Shown: positions 54,645-64,000 of the stretch, piece by piece | Numbering within the stretch: the first letter of the stretch is position 1 | Layout of the letters: each line of letters starts with the position of its first letter | The notes under the pieces: model-generated | Told to the model about the DNA's origin: nothing | Seen by the model: only the letters and a program-made list of their open reading frames with translations | Database searches by the model: none | Assembly: GCA_028534125.1 (NCBI GenBank) | Contig: CM052818.1 | Span: 16,308,001 to 16,372,000 of the forward strand | From: Lama glama | Taxonomy: Eukaryota | DNA length: 64,000 nucleotides | Reading direction: 5' to 3' | Program-made: the position numbers and the translations under genes

Positions 54645-55300
54645 AATTCAATTGAACAGATATTTGCTGAGTCACAAATTTATGCAAAACACTTAGAAAG
54701 GTAATGGTTAGATACAAAGATGGAAAGATAAATTTCTGTCTTTCAGGAAAGTGAAATGTGTATATACGTAAAGATTACCAAAAAATAATGCCTAGGATTA
54801 AGTACTGTTAGTAAAAATACACAGTGTACAAGTAAAAATGTGTAACAGGAAAAGTGCCTCTATATAAGAGGTATTCGTAATTGGATGAACTAAATAAATA
54901 TTTTAGATTTTACTGGTTAAGAGGGAACTTGAGGTAGACATAGAAGCATAAACAATACTTTAAAAATAATACTTTTATTTTGTTGCCATAGACTTTGGGT
55001 AATATGACACAGGATAAAAGAGGAGAAAAATTCCCTTGGAGCCTTAGGTGAAGAAGAGTCTGGAGCAGAACTTTTAGATAGGAAGCCACTGCAATAATTT
55101 TTTTCAGAAAAAAATAAGAATCTAAAAACTGGTCATGATATTTAGAAATGAGGTCCTGACAATTTACTGATAACTTGCGAACTAGAAGATAAAAAGAAAG
55201 AGAACACAAAACTGATGCCAATGTTTTCAGCCTCATGTGAATAGCAGAAATGGGGAACATAAAAACAGGGCTGAGGTGGAGAAATATTAAGAACATATTA
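54645..55300 (-). mobile_element. LINE-2 fragments
   Basis: attcaattgaacagatatttgctgag...gatacaaagatg, with downstream L2-like purine-rich sequence. Confidence 0.55.
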
Positions 55301-55514
55301 AAGTTTAGCTTCCAGCAAGACAGTCATATTTTAATAATATTAAATATGTATTGAAATATGTGCTATGTTCAGACACATATTTGTCTGAAACATTTTCTAT
55401 ACTGATGCCAAAGCATAGTTATTTAAACTCTGAATTTCTGATTTCAGTTTCTTTAATCAAAAAATAGATTCAGTAGATAATCCCAACTACTTTTAGATTT
55501 TAAAATATTAAGAC

Positions 55515-57655
55515 TCTGGACCTCAGTAAAAATGACACAGTAAGGAATTCCAAAAGTCTATCCCTCCATAGAAACATCAAATAAACTAGCAAAAACTGTT
55601 GCAATCAACTTTTTTGGAACACTAGAAACTAAGAAGAATCTTATAGCAACCATAAAAATGCATAGCCAAGAAAAGCAGGATCAATCTCAGTAAGAATAGA
55701 GTTTTGTGGTATTTAACCTACACTGGTCCCATGCCTCTTCCTAGTCCAGTGGTTGCCTTGACGATAACAACCACATTCCCAGTATCTGTACTAGTACCTA
55801 AAGTTGCAGAATGAACCTCATTTGCAAAGAATTGTGTTTGTGTGTTTTGACCTATGTGTTGGTTCCATGGAATATGTCCAGAGGGCTTTTCTTGGCCTAT
55901 CTCACAACACTTGCAGTGATGAGGCAGCTACTCAGGAGGCATCTGACTAAGACATTTATAAGCAAATATGTTAGTCTACTACTGTCTGGGGCAGTGGATA
56001 ATCATTGGGGAAAACAACAGAATAACCAAAATGCTTGTGAGTAAAGTTAAGGAATGAGATGCTTTTGGAAATATGAGTTCTGTAAAGCTCCAACATATTT
56101 CTTGGAAACTAGAAACCCATGAACACATGTGCATATGCACATGCTCAAGAGAGATCTGAAAATATTCTAAGCTCTTACCTATGGCTCACACTTAGAATGT
56201 GTGCAGACAGTAAGTGGAAACTAAGAGTTGTAAACTGTCCAGCTGCGTATTGAAGGCATGTTCCAACACATACACAGCCTGTCTTCAAAGACTTGATTTT
56301 TTTTTTTTGGACCTAGGCACATAAGGCAAGCTCTGAACAACCCCAGCTGACCACTAAACTAAAGGAACAAAGACTTGAGTGGCCACATACAACAAAGAAT
56401 GCAGATATTACAAAAATTAGTTCAACAAAGTTACTAAATGGACCCTGGAGATGAGAGAGAATCTTTTAATCCAATTTTCTTGTATTATAATTTTTAAACT
56501 GTCCAGTTTTCAACAACAAAAGAAAACTTATGAGAAACATAGAAACAATTAAGCATGGTTTTTACTCAGGCAAATAGAAGAAATTAATAGAAACTGTTCT
56601 GAAGAAATACAGACATTAGACTCACTAGACTAAGACTTTAAATCAATTATCTTATATATGCTCAAAACCTAAACGGAAATATATGAAAAAAAAAAAAAAA
56701 CAACAGAGGAAACCATAGGGAAACTATCTAGTCAAATAGAGAAAATCAATAAAGAGGCAGAAGTTACAAAAAAGGAAACAAAGAATTTCTGGAAGTAAAA
56801 TCTGCAACAAAAGAAATGAAAAAAAAAATCACTATAGGATATTCAATAGCAGATTTGAGCAGGCAGAAGAAAGAATAAAACAAACCTAAAGGAAGGTCAA
56901 TTGATATTTTTTGAGCTGATGATAGAAAAAGAACAAAGCCAAATGAGGAAAGCTTAATAATCTTATGGGACATCATTAAATGTCCCAACATAAATATAAT
57001 GGGAGTCCCAGCAGGTTAGAAAAAGAAAGAAAAGTGCAGAAAAAAAATTATATAATAATGGCAGAAAACTACATACATCTGATGAAAACCATTACTCTAT
57101 ACATTCAAAAACCTCAGTAAGTTCCAAGCAGAATAAAGTCAAAGAGATCCATAGCAGATACAGTACAATGGCGCTGTTGACAGCCAAAGACAGAGAATCT
57201 TAAAGGCACTAAGAGAGAACCATCTTATCACATACAAGAGATTCTCATTAAGAGCAACTGCTGACTTCTCATCAGAAACTATGAGGTAAGAAGGCACTGG
57301 GATAATACATTCAAAGTGTAAGACAAGCAGAACTCTGAGCCAAGAATTCTCTATCTGGAAAAACTCTCCTACAAAAATGAAGCAGAAATTAAGACATTTC
57401 AAAAAAATAAAAGCTGTGATTAAGTTTGTCACTATTAGACCTGCCCTATACGAAATGCTAAAGAGACCCCATAGAGTTGAAATAAAGGAAATTAGGCAGC
57501 AATTTGAATCCACATAAACAAAAGAAACCAGCAAAGGTAATTACATTAAGTAAATGTGAAAGTCAGTATTGATGTACTTTTTGTCTGTGATTCATTTTTT
57601 CTCATAATTTAAAAGGCAAGTGCATAAAAAAGTATTCTAAATATATGGATGAACA
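55515..57655 (+). mobile_element. Old L1M 5' UTR and decayed ORF1
   Basis: ORF1-like motifs agcagatttgagcaggcagaagaaagaat, aatgggagtcccag, gctgacttctcatcagaaactatg and ccaagaattctctatctggaaaaact. Confidence 0.8.
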
Positions 57656-58094
57656 TCCAAGTTATATTTTTTAAGAAACAATGTATATCCCCTAATATAA
57701 TCATATGTGGACCAAAGACTTGTTCTGATGGAGTACATTCCTTCACAGAACAAACCTTATATTTCTAAGTTATATATCTCTACTATCTGTGTCCATGATT
57801 TTATTCTTATAGCATTTAAATATGAAGTTAGATTTTAAAGTTCTTCAGGAGGAAGATACAATTAAAACCACCAGGGGATTATCTAGGCTTATTTGCATTC
57901 TTTTTTTTTTCGGTTCATACATAAAGAGAAAAATAAACACTAGAACAAAATGTATAGTATGTAATTTGCATACTATTTCCTAGAACAAAATGTAAGTGCA
58001 ATAACACACAGAAGAATTGGCATCTTTAATTTTGATACTTCTGAAAAACAGCTTTAATATTATTCCTCATAATTAATCAAGAAAATGGGTAGTG

Positions 58095-58442
58095 CCATAG
58101 ATTGAGTGACTTAAACAACAAAAATTATATTTTCTCATAGTTCTGGAAGACAAAAGTACAAAATCAAAGTTCTGGCCAATTTGGTTTCTTGTGAGAACTC
58201 TATTCCTGGATTTCAGATGACCAGCTACTTGCTATGTCCTCACATGGTCTTTCATTGGTGCATGGGCATGGAAAGAAAGAGAGAGAGCAAGCTCTCCAGT
58301 GTCTTTTCTATAAGAACAGTATTCTTATCAGATCATAACCCTACTCTAATGATCTAATTGAACCTTAATTACTTCCTTAGAGGTCTCAACTCCAAATATA
58401 GCCACACAAAGGGTTAGGGGGAAAAACATTCAGTCCATAACA
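58095..58442 (-). mobile_element. MLT1A-like MaLR LTR
   Basis: gacttaaacaac...ttctcatagttctggaag...tgtcctcacatgg...aaccttaattacttcc...cattcagtccataaca. Confidence 0.85.
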
Positions 58443-59129
58443 AAGTATATGATTAACATGCTGAATTGGCTTCATTTTGTTTTACTGAGAAATGCAATGG
58501 AATTAGGAAAATAAAAGAAAAGACAACTACAGATATCCAAAAGTTAAACCTCATAGCTGTATCTTCATGTATTCTGTAGTGGGCTTATAGTGCATCAGAT
58601 ATTTAAAACAGTGCATATTTAAAAATAATTCTCTGTATCTTATTTGAGTTTTCCTTTCTAATGAAGAAATCTTACTATTTGAATGTCTTCAATTTCTCTA
58701 TAAACATTATTGATGTTTCCTTAATATAGGGTCATTTTCCATAAGAAACAAATTCTATGCCCTCATGAAAATTATTTCATACCAAAAGACAAATAGTTTA
58801 TACAATTTATCAATCATATAAAATAATTATTCTTACTGTTATTATTTTAAACATGAGACTTGCAGAGTTTAACTCATAACCATAGGAGACAGAGCTAATA
58901 ATTAATCCTCGAGAGATTTTAAGCCAAGAAGATTTATTCCAGGAACCTCACTTGGTACTTTATTTTATAGCTTACATTCATAAAATTTAGTTCACTCTAT
59001 GGAAAAGAGTCATATAAAGTCAATAAGAGCGTTAAGTGAATCATAACCATATGGATGCTCCAGCTCTAGATAAACTACTGATCCTAAGTGTTATGTTATT
59101 TTCATTTGTTATTTCTAGAAAACATATAG

Positions 59130-60955
59130 TTAGTTGGACCTTACTTGCAATCTGAAAATACTGTTTTTTGATTGGAGTTTTAGAAAATTTATATGTACAT
59201 ATTTTACTTCTATTGATGTCACAAAGTTTACAAAACATTGTTATAATTTTCTTATTATTGTTTAAAGAAATTTTAAAAATAAGACATATATTCATATATA
59301 TATTCATTTCTGGTGATATTCACTCCTTTATGTAGGTATAAGTTTTCTTTTAGTATCATTTTCCTCTTGGCTACATATCTTATAGAGCAAGTGTGCTAGT
59401 AGTTAATTCATTCAGCTTTTATATGCTTGAAAATGTACTTTTCTTACCCTTGTTCTTCAAAGGCATTTTTATAGGTCATAGAATTTTAGGCTGATAGTTT
59501 ACATCTTTGACACTTTAAATATTTCGTTCTACTGTTTTTTTTTTTTCCTGGTGAAACATCTTTTGTTGTTCCTATCTTTAGCCCTCTTTCTCTAATGATT
59601 CTTTTTTCTTCTCAAAATCTCTTTTCGACACTGGTTTTTTAACAATTTTAATAGGATGTCATGATGTAATTTACTTAATCCTTCATATCCTAGGAGTAAT
59701 TTTAGCTTGGATTGTGAAATTATGATTTTCATCTTATTTGGAACTTTTTCAGCCATTATTTTTTCAAATCTATTTTTTATGACCACCTTCCTTTGGAGAC
59801 TACAATTATGTATGTATTAGGTCATTTGAAGTTTTCCATAGCTCACTGATGCTTTGTTGTTTTTAAATTATTATTATTTTTTATTTGGTATAGTTTCTTT
59901 TCCTCTGTCTTCAAGTTTACTAATCTTGTCTCCAGTGGTGTCTAATTTGCAATTAATTTCCTCTTAGAGGTCATTTTTGTTTTATTTTTTTTTAATCTTA
60001 AATTTTGTGTTTTACATATCCAGATGTTTGATTTAGGTCTTTTAAAATATATCTTCCCTACCTTTCCTTAACATACTTATGTTTTCATCTATATTTGTAA
60101 AAATATGGAGTATTACTTAGAATAGCTGATTAATGTATTATTCTACTAATTCTGTCACCTGTGTGATTTGGAAGTATAGTTTTATTGTTTGGTTTTTCTC
60201 ATATCACAGATTGATTTTACCTGTTTATTTGAATGTCTGCTTATTGTTTATTTGATGTCAGATATTGCAAATTTTAAAAGTTTGGTTGCTGGTTTCTTTT
60301 GTGTGTGTTTCTTCATATATTTCTGACTTTTGTTCAGGGAGGACACTAAATTCCTTGAAAACAAATTTTGTCTCTCTAGGTTCACCTTTATATTTGGTTA
60401 GGTAAGACCAAGGCAGCCTTTAGTCCATGGCTAATCTGACCCCACAATGAAATAATACCATACTTAGTACTGAACCCAACATCTTATAATTTCAAGTGCT
60501 GTATGAACCCTGTTCATGTTCTGCCTTCTCCTTTCTGCTGATTCTTTTGTCAGATTCAGGTGGTTTCCTCATACACACGTGCCTATCAGTATGCAGCTAA
60601 AGACTTAGAGGATCCCAATGAAAGTATCTAAAGTCAATCAATCAGTCTCTCTCCTCCCAACCCACCCCCAGCCTTATTTCTATTTCTCTCTTCTGAAAAT
60701 TTTTGTCCCCTCTGAATAATGAACTCTTCTCAATTCAGAAAGCATGTCATGTTTTGTTTAGAAGCCCTAAACCTGTGTTGCATATTCTGAAGCCTGGCAA
60801 CTCTCTCAAGGCAGCAAGCTGGGATAATTTAAAATTTACCTCATCTGTTCCCCACCTCCCAGGGATCACTCTCTTAGTGATTTAATTTTTTAAGTTGTTT
60901 TAGGTCAGAAGGTACATCTAGTGTCTGTCACTCTATTATGCTCACAAGTGGAAGT
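59130..60955 (-). mobile_element. Old L1M ORF1/5'-region fragments
   Basis: Antisense ORF1 signature (tttggaactttttcagccattattttttcaaat; ctctgtcttcaagtttactaatctt). ORF 59592-59786 is an ORF1 remnant (FEKIMAEKVPN). Confidence 0.7.
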
Positions 60956-61149
60956 CTATGCCATATACTTTTTATGTTCTATTTGTCATTCTTTCCTTAA
61001 ATCATGTTTTCCCCTTCTCTCCAGGATTATGTTAGATTAAGCAAGGTCTTCCCTTCTTTATTTACAGAGCATATAGCACTGAGTTAATCGTAATTTCAGG
61101 TCACAGAAAATCATCATGCTTTAAATTCATGTTTTATCATTATTTTATT

Positions 61150-62620
61150 TACCTTTTCCTCTTCCTATCCAATTCCAACTGCCTTTGCTCTCTCTCATAT
61201 AGTCATAGTTTCTAATAGTTTTGATATAGATCCTTATACATGTTTGCATAGATTTTTCTTTGTGTGAGTGTATGTGCGTGTGTAATTTTAATAGTGTCAT
61301 TATATTAATTTCATTGTGTTCTTTACTCCTTTTACTCAATCTTGATTTTATGATTTACTCATTTTGCTACATTTCATTGTACCTACTACACTGTATACTT
61401 ACAGCATAATTTTTCTACATGTATGTGATACATTTAACTAATCATGGACCATGACTTGCCACTGTGAGAACAAATGAGACCAAGGTTAGCAACATATTAA
61501 TGTTCCTTTTTGGTTTGTGAAACAACTTTTCTCTGGTAAATGTGTCAGCAAATATGAGAGTCTGATACAATATACAAATATTAATATTCTTTAGTCATAC
61601 CAGATTGCTTTAATGAATGGCTTCTAACACTGTGTTCTTTGTCAGCAGCATCCAAGAATGTTCTTCTCTATCTTTATGCATCTACCCAATGACTGACTTC
61701 TAATGGTACAAAAAAAAAAACTTATTACATAATTTGCCTTTTTCTGAGTCCTAACATATTTTAGATAATCTTTAAATCTTATCTTTTGTACGGACCACCA
61801 AAAAAAATCTTACCTTTTATTATCAGCTATCCACATCATTTGACCAGATACTATTGCTGTTTTCAGTCTTTTGTTAGTGCTGTGCACAAGTTCTATGTGT
61901 ATTCTAGATGTTAATATCTTGTCAAAGATAGTAAAGAAAAATTCCTTGTCCCCATCTGTCAACTACCAGTGGGGACCTTTGTTAAACACTTTAATTTTAA
62001 TGTAGTTAAATCTATCCCTGTTTAGCCTTATGATTCATACTGCGGTGTCTTTTTAAAGAAATCTTTCACTATTACTACTACAAAAATATATCCTTTGGAA
62101 TGCTTTACCATCTTACTATGTTCTTCTAGTTATGAATTTATTTTGACTTATCCTTTTGTGATTCTTTTTGTGACATTATTCTGATCATTCTTGATTGTAT
62201 TTCATCCTGGACATTACTTAGTAATTTTCTTTTCTCACACTGACTTCTTTTTTCTCTTATTATGATACCATTTCATTTCACCCTCCCAAAACTTCTCATT
62301 CTATTTTTCATGTTTTACTTTGCTCTGCTGCAGAGTTAGTAACTTTTTCAGTTGTGTCTTCCAACCACTAGTTCTCTACTTAGCTGTAACTAGCTGACCA
62401 TTATTCTTGCCCATTATTGTCAGTTTCAATAATCAATTTTATTCATTTTAAAAATAAATTATCTCATTTTCTTTCACGCAATCCTGTTATTGTTAGATGA
62501 TTTATATTCTTTAATTTATCTCTTTGAGCATTTTAAGCACACTTATTTTAATGTCTCTAAGACTGCTTTCCTCTATATCTTTTACAGAGTAAAATTTTCA
62601 CATTTGTTCAATCTGGATAC
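61150..62620 (-). mobile_element. Old L1ME-type fragments
   Basis: Degenerate antisense L1 3'/ORF2 signature (tattctagatgttaatatcttgtc; ttttaatgtagttaaatctat). Confidence 0.5.
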
Positions 62621-63289
62621 ATTCTATTGTTTTAAGTGAAAGTAGAAAATTTTCCATTAAAATGCTCATTTCAACCATGCTAACTGGAATTCTCAGAACA
62701 TTTGAATAAAGGGAAGGTTTTTTTTCAATTCACTTGCCTTAAATTTTTTTCTGCTTAAATGACTTTGCAGCCATTTATTCCTTTAAAAATGTGTTAAACT
62801 TCAAACAAATAACAGAAGACTTTAAAAAATAAGGGTTTTTCTAAGTTACTTGAAAACCTCTGTATTTCCTATCATCATTTCCCTATCATACTTTGCCTGA
62901 ATAGCCCTTTCATATGTGTACTATGAAAATAAACAGATATAAAAACACACATGGAAGGCCCATCCAACCCCTTTTCTTTAGGTATATGAGTCATATTACA
63001 TATATGTCTGCAAGTCCCTTTTTCAACTCATTACAAATATTGGCAAACCGTACAAATTTACAAGCTCACCAACATTGTATGATAATATGTATTTCTCTAC
63101 ACCCTCATTGTTGTTCTGTTGGTTATCTCCACACTCAATACACTTTTTAAAATACTGTCTACAAAATAGGACAAAAGAGTATGCTTTTCCATTAATAGAA
63201 GTCTTCTAATATATTTCTAGTTACAGCTTCAAATGTTGCTCCATCTAGTTTCAAAACTGGTAATTAAACAGGAGATAATAATGCTTTAT

Positions 63290-63375
63290 CAACATTGTAA
63301 TTTTATAGATGAGAAAATCAAAGGTCATAGAGTTGAGTGTTAGAGGTGAGACTCAGAATTTCTGATATATCGTTC
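63290..63375 (-). mobile_element. MIR core fragment
   Basis: attttatagatgagaaaatcaaaggtcatagagttgagtgttagagg. Confidence 0.55.
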
Positions 63376-64000
63376 AAGAACCATAATGTCAATTATCATT
63401 CAAATTTACTTTTAAATTTTTCAACCCTTGTTATTTTAGGTTTTCTCTCCAAATCAAAATTGTAAAGATGGAGATAAATCACTACATTTTCCTCCTTATT
63501 ATCTACATAAGAACCTGTGCAACTGCCTTTCAATCAGTTATCTAAGAAATTACCCTGTATTAACTGTAGTCTGTTTTGCTTCATTATTAGCCCTTTTCTT
63601 TCTTTGCAACATCTTGTTTTCAATACACTTCTCTAATCAGTGGCACCTTAGTGTACCCTAAAATTATCTCTGCTTTGAGGTCTTTGCTGTCTTATAGCCC
63701 TGAAAAATGCATTAAACAGGTAACTTTAAAAGTGAAGATTTTCCTAACTGAATGTTCTTAGATGTGATATCTTTGATCGCTCTGTGGGAGAAGAAATAGT
63801 ACCAGGTACCATTTGTCAGGGTGAAAAATGAAACTGAATTAATGTCTGGCTTGATGAAACACTAATTTTAAAAGCTAACATATCCCACACCCAAATCTGA
63901 TCAGAATCTCATGGTACTGTTAGAGTCAACATTTCTGAATATTCATCATGGAGTTAGAGAACTCAAGATGGCTAGGAAAGAGCCAGTGAACTATGTATAT

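Noticed and set aside
1..64000. Prokaryote-style systems (CRISPR arrays, operons, defence islands) or intact viral genes
   Set aside because: The sequence is mammalian repeat-rich DNA with no long intact ORF and no regularly spaced repeat-spacer array.

Overview
AT-rich, CpG-poor mammalian (eutherian) genomic DNA that reads as intergenic or deep-intronic sequence. I recognise no cellular protein-coding gene, RNA gene or CpG island. Every ORF in the supplied track that I can assign is a LINE-1 fragment (sense or antisense), an LTR, a microsatellite or the 500-N gap (45616-46115); the rest look like chance ORFs. Much of the window is interspersed repeat: young L1 copies with a cetartiodactyl-type 3' UTR (camelid by inference, as no Alu, B1, Bov-tA, CHR or PRE SINEs are visible), many old L1M pieces, L2 and MIR, MLT1, MLT2, MER21 and MER77-type LTRs, and a decayed ERVL provirus (about 47.6-51.7 kb, minus) with a nested MER58A. 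I find no evidence for a new multi-gene system. The notable items are small-scale retrotransposition features: an L1 with an in-frame ORF1-ORF2 junction, a ~54-bp polyadenylated micro-retrocopy with a TSD inside L1 ORF1, an unassigned solo-LTR-like element with 15-bp tandem repeats, and a ~162-bp tandem duplication across an L1 junction. Repeat family names come from recalled consensus sequences, not from a search. Boundaries of old repeats are approximate.
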